A stretch of 64,000 bases of DNA from Dehalococcoidia bacterium (lineage in GTDB: Bacteria; Chloroflexota; Dehalococcoidia; Bin125), in contig OY820591.1 of NCBI GenBank assembly GCA_963555985.3, forward strand, positions 800,001-864,000. The letters run 5' to 3'. Below the pieces are notes generated by a model. It was not told the DNA's origin. It ran no database searches and was given only the letters and a program-made list of their open reading frames with translations. How positions within the stretch are numbered: the stretch's first letter is position 1; each line of letters starts with the position of its first letter. A program made the translations under genes and the position numbers. This document shows, in pieces, positions 48,833 through 58,105 of the stretch.

Positions 48833-48907
48833 TGGAGCGGGGGACGGGATTCGAACCCGCGGCCTCCTGCTTGGAAGGCAGGAGCTCTACCACTGAGCTA
48901 CCCCCGC
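48833..48907 (-). tRNA. tRNA-Gly(TCC)
   Basis: GCGGGGG/CCCCCGC-type acceptor stem, CCTGC-CTTCCAA-GCAGG anticodon arm, CCA. Confidence 0.95.
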
Positions 48908-48945
48908 GCGGGGTTGTAGGTTAGCGCGGCTGTGTCTTGGGGCTG

Positions 48946-50541
48946 TTAGTCGCGGAACTCGTTGAGGCGGTCGGAGGCCTGGTCGTTGCGGAGTTTGCGG
49001 ATGGCGTTGGCCTGGATTTGGCGGATGCGCTCGCGGGTGAGGTTCAGCGCTTCGCCGACCTCCTGCAAGCTCTTGGAGCCTTCGCCGTCGAAGCCGAAGC
49101 GCTTGTGGATGACCTCGCGCTCGCGTGGATCGAGGTGCTGGTCGAGCACCTGGCGCAGGACTTCGGTGGCGGCGGCGCGTTCGAGCTCTTCGTGCGGAGC
49201 CGGGGTCTGCTCGTCGGCGATGAAGTCTTCGAGCGAGCTGCCTTCGTCGTTCAAGATGCTCTTGTCGAGCGAAGTGGGGGTAAGCGCGGCGGCGCGCAGC
49301 AAGGCGATCCGGCTCTCGTCCAGATCGAGCAGTTGCGCCAGTTCAGCGGTGCTGGGTCGGCGTTCCCGCTCTTCGAGGAAGCGTTGCTCGGCGCGGATCA
49401 GCTTGTGCAGCTGTTCGGCGGTGTGTACGGGAGTGCGGATCACGTTGGCGGTGTCGGCGATCGAGCGGGTGACGGCCTGCCGGATCCACCAGGTGGCGTA
49501 GGTGGAGAACTTGTTGCCGCGGCGGTAGTCGAACTTTTCGACGGCGCGCACGAGTCCGGTGTTGCCCTCCTGGATCAGGTCGAGCATGGTGAGGCCGTCG
49601 CTGCGGTATTTCTTGGCGACGGCGACGACCAGACGCAGGTTGGCGGTGAGCATCCGATGCTCGGCTGCGTGTCCGGTCTGTTCGATCTGGCGCAGCCGCC
49701 GGGTGATGCGACGCAGCAGCGCCTCGTCCCGGGTGAGCCGAGTTGCGAACGCAGCGGGATCGACGTCCTGCTCCTGTTCGAGCTCGCCAAGCAGGGCCAG
49801 GGAGACGCAGAGCGGGCGCGGCTCGACGATTGCGGTGACGACGGAGAGACCGATCAGCGCGGCTTCGGCCTCGTCCGGAGAGAGCTCGAAGGTCTCGGCG
49901 GCTCGCTGCGTGCGCTGCGGATCGATCTTGCCGTCGATTGCGGCGCGGAGCTGGTCGTCGCCCAGGAGCTCAAGCAGGGAGCGTTCGGGGAAGTGATCGC
50001 CGATTTCGCCGGCCAGCCAGCGCAGCAGCGGTTCGAGCGCGCGGAATTGCAGGATCAGGTGGGCCCAGAGCAGGACGAGCGTCTGACCCGAGTTGTCGCC
50101 GCCGCCGGGCAGGCCGAGCTCGTCGCGGAGGCCGTGGAGCCAGCGGGCGCGCTCGATCTGCGCGCCCAGTTCCTGCTCGTCCTGTCGTTCGAGCAGGCTG
50201 AACTGGCTGATCCAGGCGAAGTACTGGCGGACGGGGTCGTCGCTGTCGTCGACCCGCTCGCGGGCGCGGCGCTTGGGAGCGGGCTGGAGGGCAGGCTTGG
50301 GCTTGGCGCCGACTAGCTGCGCCAACACCGGGTCGTCGGTGGGGTCGAACTGGAAGTCCCAGCTCGGGGCGAGGATGCCGTCGCGCCGGAGGTCGGCGGG
50401 GCGCTCGCTGCCGGCGACGCGGCGGCGGTGTTCGGCGGCGACGAGGCGGCCGGGGGAGCGCACCTTGTCGATGTCGCTGAAGGGCGTGTGCGGGATCGTA
50501 GCGCTCTCGGTGGTGCGCTGATCGCGGGTCGAATTGGTCAT
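48946..50541 (-). CDS. RpoD/SigA-family sigma-70 factor (divergent paralog)
   Basis: [36 protein letters not shown] and TRERIRQI; AGGAGG RBS before ATG at 50541. Confidence 0.92.
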   Translation of the reverse strand: MTNSTRDQRTTESATIPHTPFSDIDKVRSPGRLVAAEHRRRVAGSERPADLRRDGILAPSWDFQFDPTDDPVLAQLVGAKPKPALQPAPKRRARERVDDSDDPVRQYFAWISQFSLLERQDEQELGAQIERARWLHGLRDELGLPGGGDNSGQTLVLLWAHLILQFRALEPLLRWLAGEIGDHFPERSLLELLGDDQLRAAIDGKIDPQRTQRAAETFELSPDEAEAALIGLSVVTAIVEPRPLCVSLALLGELEQEQDVDPAAFATRLTRDEALLRRITRRLRQIEQTGHAAEHRMLTANLRLVVAVAKKYRSDGLTMLDLIQEGNTGLVRAVEKFDYRRGNKFSTYATWWIRQAVTRSIADTANVIRTPVHTAEQLHKLIRAEQRFLEERERRPSTAELAQLLDLDESRIALLRAAALTPTSLDKSILNDEGSSLEDFIADEQTPAPHEELERAAATEVLRQVLDQHLDPREREVIHKRFGFDGEGSKSLQEVGEALNLTRERIRQIQANAIRKLRNDQASDRLNEFRD

Positions 50542-50824
50542 CTCCGGCCTCCTTTCGCAGGCGGAATCAGGGCCGCTTGGCGCATCTGGGGCGCGGCGGC
50601 TATGGACCCATGACAACCTTACGTTTTTGGGTAGGCAAATGTTCCCGGCGATGATGTGCGGAGGGTGGGATTGCACCTGCCTGTACAGAACTGTTGTCGC
50701 GTTTGCTACAAGATTTGTGTTCGCGGCTCGGAAGTGGGCACGGTAGGGACTGGACGGTCGCGGTTCGCGGCCTGACGGGGGCTGTGAGAAAAAAACGAGG
50801 GAGTCGCCGCTTGCGGTCGGGGGA

Positions 50825-51181
50825 TTACTGCGGCTCTTCCTCTTCCTCGAGGCTGTCGTCGTCGTCCGGCAGGGGCACGTCTTCGCCGCGCATGAGGGCG
50901 ACGGCGATGGCGTGCGGGTGCAGGTGGAGTTCTTTCTTCTGCTCAGGGGTGAGCGGAGCTTCGGGGAGTCTGGGGGAGTGGTTGGCTCGGGGTTTGGGCG
51001 CGGGTTCGGGATGGGGTTCGAGGTCGAGCGCGTGGTGGATCTCTCGGGTCTTGGAGTTGGAGGGGGAGAGTTCGCGGATGAGGAGGGCGAGCGCTTTGAT
51101 GCGGACGTGGCCGGCTTCGTTGGAGTGGGCGAGTTGGCCGACGCCGGTCATGCTGGACTGGTAGGTGTGGGGGAAGGGCAT
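50825..51181 (-). CDS. Hypothetical protein under a putative LexA-controlled promoter
   Basis: 118-aa ORF, AAGGA RBS, acidic tail. Confidence 0.55.
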   Translation of the reverse strand: MPFPHTYQSSMTGVGQLAHSNEAGHVRIKALALLIRELSPSNSKTREIHHALDLEPHPEPAPKPRANHSPRLPEAPLTPEQKKELHLHPHAIAVALMRGEDVPLPDDDDSLEEEEEPQ

Positions 51182-51202
51182 GGCGGGGTGTTCCTTTCTT
51201 GG

Positions 51203-51246
51203 GAACCTGCGTTCTTAGACGATCGATCATATATGGATGGATGTTC
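51203..51246 (-). promoter_or_regulatory. LexA (GAAC-N4-GTTC) box and TATGAT -10
   Basis: GAACCTGCGTTC at 51203-51214; TATGAT (minus strand) at 51231-51226; degenerate second box at 51235-51246. Confidence 0.65.
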
Positions 51247-51309
51247 GGGTGGGTAATTTGGGAGTGTGTTGTGGTTGTCGGTTTGGGGGTTGGGTGCTGG
51301 TCACGGCGA

Positions 51310-51340
51310 GATACCCGCGACGGAGCGCGGGTATGACGGA
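51310..51340 (-). repeat. REP-like palindrome (GTCA type)
   Basis: ATACCCGCGACGGAGCGCGGGTATGAC; relatives at about 9215, 18270 and 18331. Confidence 0.8.
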
Positions 51341-51408
51341 ACTGGATCAGGTACAGCGGAACCGGGTCAGGTATGAGGGCGCTCTTTGGTCGCTGATGTG
51401 AGCGGGGT

Positions 51409-52008
51409 TTAGTCGCCGGCGACTAGGGCGGGTTCGTTGGTGTGGGTGTCGGCGGTGGTTTGGGGTTGGTGGCGGACGTCTTCGGGGTTGAAGGCTCGGG
51501 TCCAGGCCGCGAATTCGAGCATGATGCCGTCGGGGTCGTAGAAGTAGACGGAGCGGACGAAGACGCCGGGGTGGTTTTCGCGGGCGATGCCTCTGGGGGA
51601 GTCGTCGTGGTTGATGATGGGGGTGCAGCGGACGCCTTTGGCGAGCAGGCGTTCGCGGCAGGCTTCGATTTCGTCGGCGTCGACATTGAAGGCGACGTGG
51701 TTCATGGAGGCGATGGCGGTGACGAGCTCGGCCGAGGGATCGAAGAAGGTGTTGGGGTCGGGCGAGGAGATGCCGGGGTGCGGTTCGGGCGCGTTGGGGA
51801 AGTTGAAGAAGGCAAGGCAGTCGCCGTTGCCGATGTCGAAGAAGAAGTGCTGGCCCATGCCGCCGGGGAGGTCGATGGTTTTGACCAGAGGAAAGCCCAT
51901 GACCTCGGTGTAGAACTCGACGGTTCGGGCCATGTCGCGGCAGACGAGGGCAAGGTGGTTGATGCCGGAGACGCGGAAGTCGCCGACGGTGGTTTTGTGG
52001 TTGGTCAT
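51409..52008 (-). CDS. VOC/glyoxalase family protein
   Basis: GINHLAL, MNHVAF and SVYFYDPDG..LE. Confidence 0.9.
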   Translation of the reverse strand: MTNHKTTVGDFRVSGINHLALVCRDMARTVEFYTEVMGFPLVKTIDLPGGMGQHFFFDIGNGDCLAFFNFPNAPEPHPGISSPDPNTFFDPSAELVTAIASMNHVAFNVDADEIEACRERLLAKGVRCTPIINHDDSPRGIARENHPGVFVRSVYFYDPDGIMLEFAAWTRAFNPEDVRHQPQTTADTHTNEPALVAGD

Positions 52009-52074
52009 GGCGGGATTCCTTTGCGGTGGGGTCTTGTGTTGATGATATCGCGGCTGTACCGAGGGTGACCGGAC

Positions 52075-52121
52075 TCCCCTCTGTCGCTGCGCGACATCTC
52101 CCCCCGCAGCGCGGGGGGAGA
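52075..52121 (-). repeat. REP-like double palindrome
   Basis: CCCTCTGTCGCTGCGCGACATCTCCCCCCGCAGCGCGGGGGGAGA. Confidence 0.85.
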
Positions 52122-52322
52122 AGGGAAGAGGGGCAGGGCATCTCTGCTCGTGCGCGGGGAGGGAGTGGGTTGTGGGTATCAACTGCTTCGCGGGCGGTAT
52201 TCGTTTTCTTTATCGTGTTTGACAAGAGCTATTGACGGTTGCAGAGTCGTGCATACCTTAATCCAACGTTCACATTTCGCCGTTGCGCGGAGAGTCCGCG
52301 GGACGAGAAATCGAGGGCAGAG

Positions 52323-53909
52323 ATGGTTGAGTTGAGTACGCCGGCCGGGGTCGAGCTGCGGGGAGCACTTGCGGAGGGATACGAGATCGTCCTGACTGAA
52401 GAGGCGCTCGCGTTCGTTGCGGGTCTGCACCGTCGCTTCAACGCGCGGCGGCAGGAGTTGCTGGCGCGGCGGATGGAGCGGCAGGCCGAGTTCGACCAGG
52501 GCGCGCTGCCCGACTTTCTTTCGGACACCGAGGAGGCTCGCTTCGGCTCGTGGCAGGTCGCGCCGACGCCGGAGGATTTGCAGCAGCGCTGGGTGGAGAT
52601 CACGGGTCCGGTGGATCGGAAGATGATGATTGGGGCGCTGAACTCGGGCGCGGATGCGTTCATGGCGGATTTCGAGGACGCGCTTTCGCCGACCTGGGAC
52701 AACATCGTGCAGGGGCAGATCAATGCGCGGGACGCGGTGCGGCGTGAGATCACGTTCGAGAACCCGGATGGGAGCGTGCGTCAGCTGAACGAGGAGACGG
52801 CGACGCTGCTAATTCGTCCGCGCGGCTGGCATCTGGATGAGAAGCACGTGGTGGTGGACGGTGAGCCGATCGCGGCGAGTCTGTTCGACTTCGGGATGTA
52901 CATGTTCCATAACGCGGCGGAGCGGATCGCGCGGGGGACAGGGCCGTACTTCTACCTGGCGAAGCTGGAATCGCATCTGGAAGCGCGGCTGTGGAACGAT
53001 GTGTTTGTGGCGGCTCAGGACGGACTCGGAGTAGCGCAGGGCTCGATCCGGGCGACCGTGTTGCTGGAAACGCTGCCGGCGGCGTTCGAGATGGAGGAGA
53101 TTCTGTACGAGTTGCGGGATCACTCGGCGGGGCTGAACGCGGGACGTTGGGACTACATCTTCTCGGCGGTGAAGCGGTTCAAATCGCAGCCGACGTTCAC
53201 GCTGCCGGATCGGGTGCAGGTGACGATGACGACGCCGTTCATGCGGGCGTACACGGAATTGTTGGTGCGGACGTGTCACAAGCGCGGGGCGCACGCGATG
53301 GGCGGGATGGCGGCGTTCATTCCTTCGCGGCGGGATCCGGAGATCAACGAGATTGCGCTGTCGGGAGTTCGAGCGGATAAGGAGCGGGAGTCGACCGACG
53401 GCTTTGACGGCACCTGGGTCGCGCACCCGGATCTGATTCCGGTGGCGCGGGAAGTGTTTGAGACGAACCTGGGCGGCGCTCGCAATCAGCGCGAGCGGAT
53501 GCGTGAGGATGTCGAGGTGTCCGCGCCGGAGCTGGTGAGTTTGGATCAGAGCGGGGGACAGGTGACGGAAGCCGGCCTGCGGCTGAATATCTCGGTCGCG
53601 TTGCAGTACATCAACAGTTGGCTGAACGGAGTCGGCGCGGCTGCGATCAACAACCTGATGGAGGACGCGGCGACGGCGGAGATTTCGCGGGGTCAGCTGT
53701 GGCAGTGGATTCAGCACGGAGCAGCGCTGGACGACGGCCGCTCGGTGACGGCGGAGCTGTACGAAACGCTGCGCGACGAGGAGCTGGCGGCGCTGGGCGG
53801 CGACGGAGAGTCACGCTTCGGCGACGCGCGGGCGATTCTCGATCAACTGGTGCTGAACGACGAGTTCACCGAGTTTCTGACCTTGCCCGCCTACGAGTAT
53901 CTCGACTAG
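52323..53909 (+). CDS. aceB: Malate synthase A
   Basis: [31 protein letters not shown] and [13 protein letters not shown]. Confidence 0.96.
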   Translation: MVELSTPAGVELRGALAEGYEIVLTEEALAFVAGLHRRFNARRQELLARRMERQAEFDQGALPDFLSDTEEARFGSWQVAPTPEDLQQRWVEITGPVDRKMMIGALNSGADAFMADFEDALSPTWDNIVQGQINARDAVRREITFENPDGSVRQLNEETATLLIRPRGWHLDEKHVVVDGEPIAASLFDFGMYMFHNAAERIARGTGPYFYLAKLESHLEARLWNDVFVAAQDGLGVAQGSIRATVLLETLPAAFEMEEILYELRDHSAGLNAGRWDYIFSAVKRFKSQPTFTLPDRVQVTMTTPFMRAYTELLVRTCHKRGAHAMGGMAAFIPSRRDPEINEIALSGVRADKERESTDGFDGTWVAHPDLIPVAREVFETNLGGARNQRERMREDVEVSAPELVSLDQSGGQVTEAGLRLNISVALQYINSWLNGVGAAAINNLMEDAATAEISRGQLWQWIQHGAALDDGRSVTAELYETLRDEELAALGGDGESRFGDARAILDQLVLNDEFTEFLTLPAYEYLD

Positions 53910-54050
53910 GGGCCTCGGATTGGACTGAGGCCCAATAGCCAAGGACACAACCGGTTTGTCTCGGCCGGTGGTCGGCGCGAGAGCGTCCTAGAGCAGACGA
54001 GGCACAGATCGATCGCGCACAGCGCACCAGACAGGCAGAGGGGAACGCAG

Positions 54051-55364
54051 ATGTCACTGAACGGGATCGACGACACGGCGGCGGCAGCCGCGCTCGAGCG
54101 GGAGTGGGCGACCAATCCCCGCTGGGCCGGAATCGAGCGCAACTATACGGCCGCTGACGTGCTCAAGCTGCGTCCCAGTCTGTTGCCTGAGGCGACGCTG
54201 GCTCGTGCGGGCGCGGAGCGGTTGTGGAACGCGATGCAGGACACGAGCCTGGTGCGCACCTTCGGCGCGGTGACGGGCGCACAGGCGGTGCAGATGGCCA
54301 AGGCCGGCTTGCAGGCGATCTATGTGTCCGGTTGGCAGGTGGCGGCCGATGCGAACACGGCCGGTCACACCTACCCCGACCAGAGCCTCTACCCGGTCAA
54401 CAGCGTGCCGACGCTGGTGCGGCGGCTGAACAGCGCGCTGATGCGCGCCGACCAGGTGGATCGTCTGGAGCGGCGGCAGTCGGTGGACTACTACCTGCCG
54501 ATCGTGGCGGATGCGGAGGCGGGATTCGGGGGTCCGATCCACGCGTTCGAGCTGATGCGGAACATGATCGAATCGGGCGCGGCCGGGGTTCACTACGAAG
54601 ACCAGCTTGCGGCTGAGAAGAAGTGCGGTCACATGGGCGGCAAGGTGCTGGTGCCGACAGCGCAGCATGTGCGCACGCTTCAGGCAGCGCGGCTGGCGGC
54701 GGACGTGATGAACGTGCCGACCGTGCTGATGGCTCGGACGGACGCGCTCAGCGCGACGTTGCTGACGACCGACATTGACGAGCGGGATCGCGAGTTCACG
54801 ACCGGCGAGCGGACGGCCGAGGGCTACTTCAGCGTCACCGGCGGGATCGAGTCGGCGATTGCTCGGGGTCTGGCGTTTGCGCCGCACGCGGATTTGCTCT
54901 GGTGCGAGACGTCGGTGCCGGACATCGGCGAGGCGCGCGACTTTGCCAACGCGATCCACGCGGAGTACCCGGGCAAGATGTTGGCCTACAACTGCTCGCC
55001 GTCGTTCAACTGGAAGCGTCACCTGGACGATGCGACGATTGCGAACTTCCAGGAGCAACTGGCGGAGATGGGCTACCGCTTCCAGTTCATCACGCTGGCC
55101 GGCTGGCACGGGATCAACTACCACACCTTCAACCTGGCGAGCGGCTACCGCGACCGGGGGATGGCGGCCTATGTCGAACTCCAAGAGGGCGAGTTCGAGG
55201 CTGAGACCGTGGGCTACACGGCGACCAAGCACCAGCGCGAAGCGGGCACATCGTACTTCGACGAGGTGCTGCTCACGGTCACCGGCGGCGACGCTGCCAC
55301 AACGGCCCTGAGCGGCTCAACCGAGTCCGCCCAGTTCACGGCGGAAGCCGTCGCGGCGCACTAA
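54051..55364 (+). CDS. aceA: Isocitrate lyase
   Basis: KKCGHMGGK signature, SGWQVA and YNCSPSFNW. Confidence 0.97.
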   Translation: MSLNGIDDTAAAAALEREWATNPRWAGIERNYTAADVLKLRPSLLPEATLARAGAERLWNAMQDTSLVRTFGAVTGAQAVQMAKAGLQAIYVSGWQVAADANTAGHTYPDQSLYPVNSVPTLVRRLNSALMRADQVDRLERRQSVDYYLPIVADAEAGFGGPIHAFELMRNMIESGAAGVHYEDQLAAEKKCGHMGGKVLVPTAQHVRTLQAARLAADVMNVPTVLMARTDALSATLLTTDIDERDREFTTGERTAEGYFSVTGGIESAIARGLAFAPHADLLWCETSVPDIGEARDFANAIHAEYPGKMLAYNCSPSFNWKRHLDDATIANFQEQLAEMGYRFQFITLAGWHGINYHTFNLASGYRDRGMAAYVELQEGEFEAETVGYTATKHQREAGTSYFDEVLLTVTGGDAATTALSGSTESAQFTAEAVAAH

Positions 55365-55385
55365 GTCCAGCCTCTTCCAGGCGAG

Positions 55386-55421
55386 CACAACGAAGCCCCG
55401 CTCTGGCGGGGCTTCGTTGTG
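55386..55421 (+). terminator. Terminator hairpin after aceA
   Basis: CACAACGAAGCCCCGC-TCTG-GCGGGGCTTCGTTGTG perfect inverted repeat. Confidence 0.8.
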
Positions 55422-55439
55422 GCCGTACATTGTCCATCG

Positions 55440-55778
55440 ATGCCAGCGATTCCTCACGCCGGCCTCGTGGGCAACGACGTCACAGTAGAGGAGCTTTGGG
55501 CTCACGGTCTCACGACTGACGATGCCGATGACGTCTGGGATGGGCCGGCCAAGTACTTTCCACAGCCCGCTCGTAGCGGCGTCGGAGCTGACGGCACTTC
55601 GTTCAGACAGCCAAAACGAACGAAGATGGTAGGACCTGATCACAGTGGCCGTTTGTTGACCTTCATCCTGGAGTTGCCAACCACGCGTGGATACTCTCAT
55701 GTCGTGACCGGCTGGCCTTCTGATAGCGATGAGCAAACCCGCTACCATCGGCCTGGAGGAAGGATGCGAATACGATGA
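55440..55778 (+). CDS. Putative BrnT/RelE-like toxin, copy 1
   Basis: HGL..DDA..V..GPAKYF, GPD..GRLLT.IL and VVTGW; ATGA-coupled to a small partner gene. Confidence 0.6.
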   Translation: MPAIPHAGLVGNDVTVEELWAHGLTTDDADDVWDGPAKYFPQPARSGVGADGTSFRQPKRTKMVGPDHSGRLLTFILELPTTRGYSHVVTGWPSDSDEQTRYHRPGGRMRIR

Positions 55779-56026
55779 CCCAACAGAAGAGCGCGCTTCA
55801 CATTGATACGCCGATCCACGATGTGGAAGAGATTCCTTACGACCGCTCTGAAATGGGACCCGGTTCCTTCATCTACGAGATTGAGTTCAATCGCGAGGAA
55901 ATGGACCGCCTGAAGACTCGAAGCACGAGACGTACTGAGCCACTGGGCCGATGGATCAAGCGTGTCGTGTTCGAGGCAATAGAGCGTGAGGCTGCGGCGA
56001 AGTCCGCCGACGTCGCTGCCGACTGA
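55775..56026 (+). CDS. Putative RHH-like antitoxin, copy 1
   Basis: Acidic N-terminus, then EIEFNREEMDRLK..LGRWIKRVV. Confidence 0.55.
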   Translation: MTQQKSALHIDTPIHDVEEIPYDRSEMGPGSFIYEIEFNREEMDRLKTRSTRRTEPLGRWIKRVVFEAIEREAAAKSADVAAD

Positions 56027-56071
56027 CAGCTTCCCTCCCGCTGACAATGGGCTGCTCTACCTGGACGGGGG

Positions 56072-56977
56072 TCAATCGCTGCCGCGGAGGCGGGGGTCGA
56101 AGATGTCTCGGAGGGAGTCGCCGAGCAGGTTGAAGCCGAGCACGGCGAGGGTGATGGCGAAGCCGGGGAAGATGCTGAGGTGCGTGTGCTGCCAGAAGTC
56201 GCGCGATTCCACGAGCATGCGGCCCCAGGACGGGTTGGGCGGCGGGACGCCGAGGGCGAGGAATGAGAGCGCGCCCTCGAAGAGGATCGCGCCGCCGAGC
56301 AGGGTCGTCACGTAGATCAGCAGCGGCGGGCCAATGTTGGGCAGCACGTGCCGCCAGAGGATGCGGAACGGCCCCACGCCAATTGTGCGGGCCGCTTCGA
56401 CGTAGGCGGCGCCGAGCGTCGCCAGGGTGCTGGCCCGCACGATCCGGACCATGCCCAGGGTGAAGATGATCCCCATACCCAGCGCGATTGATTGCCAGTT
56501 GCGGCCTGTTACCTGGGCCAGCAAGATCAGCAGGATGAGGCCGGGAAAGGCCAACAGCATGTCAAGCACGCGCTGGGACAGGAGATCGAACAGCCCGGCC
56601 GCGTAGGCCGAGGTCATGCCCCAGAGCAGCGCGATGCCGACCCCAATCGCCATCGCGGTCAGGGCCAGCGAGATCGAGAGCCGGGTACCCGCGACCACGC
56701 GCGCGAAATAGTCCCGCCCGAGCCCGTCGGTGCCGAACCAGTACTCGCCGCCGGGGGCGGCCAGGATGTTCGGGGAGAGCTTGGTCGGATCCCCGGCGAT
56801 CAGCGGCCCGAAGGCGGCGAGCGCGATCATCAGGATCACGATCAACAGCCCGAACGCGCCCAGGGGATGCTGCCGCAGCAGCCGCCGGAGGCGCCGGCGC
56901 AGCGGCGGCCGCACCAGCAGACCGTACTCATCGAAGACGGCCGCGCCCGGCTGTGGAGTGGGTTGGGCGGCGCTCAT
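56072..56977 (-). CDS. Peptide/nickel ABC transporter permease (OppC/DppC-like)
   Basis: FGTDGLGRD, YVEAARTIG and PSWGRML. Confidence 0.92.
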   Translation of the reverse strand: MSAAQPTPQPGAAVFDEYGLLVRPPLRRRLRRLLRQHPLGAFGLLIVILMIALAAFGPLIAGDPTKLSPNILAAPGGEYWFGTDGLGRDYFARVVAGTRLSISLALTAMAIGVGIALLWGMTSAYAAGLFDLLSQRVLDMLLAFPGLILLILLAQVTGRNWQSIALGMGIIFTLGMVRIVRASTLATLGAAYVEAARTIGVGPFRILWRHVLPNIGPPLLIYVTTLLGGAILFEGALSFLALGVPPPNPSWGRMLVESRDFWQHTHLSIFPGFAITLAVLGFNLLGDSLRDIFDPRLRGSD

Positions 56978-57936
56978 TGGAAGCGGATCCGGGGATCGAA
57001 GACGGCGTAGCTGAGGTCGACGGCCAGGTTGATGAGCACGAAGGCCGTGCCGAAGAACAGCATCCAGAGCTGCACCACCGGTAGGTCGTTCGCGAAGATG
57101 GAGTCGACGAGCAGGCGGCCCATGCCCGGCAGACCGAAGATCTGCTCGACGATCACCGACCCCGCGACGCCATCGGCGAAGACGAGCCCAATCAGCGTGA
57201 TCAGGGGGATCATGGCGTTGCGCAGGGCGTGGCGCATGACCACGATGCGGCCGGAGACGCCCTTGGCCTGGGCCGTGCGCACGTAATCCTGGCGCAGCAC
57301 TTCCAGCATCTCCGAGCGCGCCAGCCGTCCCAGCACGGCCGCGCCCGACAGCGCCGCGACCGCCGCCGGCACGATCATCTGGATCAGGTTGGTGCCCGGA
57401 TTGACCCAGAGCTGCTCGTAGGGGGCGGGCAGCGCATAGCGCCAGAGCACGAGCGGGATTAACACGACCAGCGTGGCCAGCCAGAAGTTGGGGATGGCGA
57501 GGAAGAGCACCGTGATGAAGCGGATGCCGTAGTCGTCGGGCCGGTTGCGGCGCACGGCCGACCAGATCCCGGTGCCAATCCCAATCGGGATGTACAGCAG
57601 CAGCGTCAGGAAGAGCAGTTGGGCCGTGACCGGCATGCGGCGGGCGAAGGTGTCCATGATCGACTCGCGCGTCAGCCAGGAGTCGCCGAAATCGCCGGTG
57701 AAGACCTGTCCAATCCAGTTCACGTACTGCACGTGCACCGGCTTGTCGAGCCCGAAATGCGCCTCCAACGCGGCTCGCTGCTCCGGGCCGCCGCCCGCCG
57801 AGGCGCCCATGGTGTTGGAGAGGCGGGCGTCGACCACCGATCCCGGCACGAGCCGAACCAGGCCGAAGGAGAAGATCGAGAGCAGGATCACCGTGACCGG
57901 CAGCAGCAGCAACCGTCGAATGACGTAGGTGCGCAT
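56974..57936 (-). CDS. Peptide/nickel ABC transporter permease (OppB/DppB-like)
   Basis: GLDKP..QY..W, DYVRTAQAKG and EQIFGLPGMG. Confidence 0.92.
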   Translation of the reverse strand: MRTYVIRRLLLLPVTVILLSIFSFGLVRLVPGSVVDARLSNTMGASAGGGPEQRAALEAHFGLDKPVHVQYVNWIGQVFTGDFGDSWLTRESIMDTFARRMPVTAQLLFLTLLLYIPIGIGTGIWSAVRRNRPDDYGIRFITVLFLAIPNFWLATLVVLIPLVLWRYALPAPYEQLWVNPGTNLIQMIVPAAVAALSGAAVLGRLARSEMLEVLRQDYVRTAQAKGVSGRIVVMRHALRNAMIPLITLIGLVFADGVAGSVIVEQIFGLPGMGRLLVDSIFANDLPVVQLWMLFFGTAFVLINLAVDLSYAVFDPRIRFQ

Positions 57937-57962
57937 CGACGTTGGCTCCGCTTCCCTCTGAT

Positions 57963-58058
57963 CCCCTCTCCCTGCGGGAGAGGGTTAGGGTGAGGGCCCC
58001 TTTGCAGTTGGGGAGCGGCCGGACCCTTACCCCAGCCCTCTCCCAGAGGGAGAGGGAG
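57963..58058. repeat. Inverted doublet of the CCCTCTCCC..GGGAGAGGG REP-like repeat
   Basis: CCCCTCTCCCTGCGGGAGAGGGTTAGGGTGAGGG ... CCCTTACCCCAGCCCTCTCCCAGAGGGAGAGGG. Confidence 0.8.
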
Positions 58059-58105
58059 GGAAGGGTCAGAGGGCGGAGCAGAGGGAGCCCTGCAATACAA
58101 CCCCG

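Noticed and set aside
52232-52259. TTGACG-16-TACCTT promoter and possible IclR-type operator upstream of aceB
   Set aside because: Plausible, but the spacing is suboptimal and no clean operator palindrome is visible.
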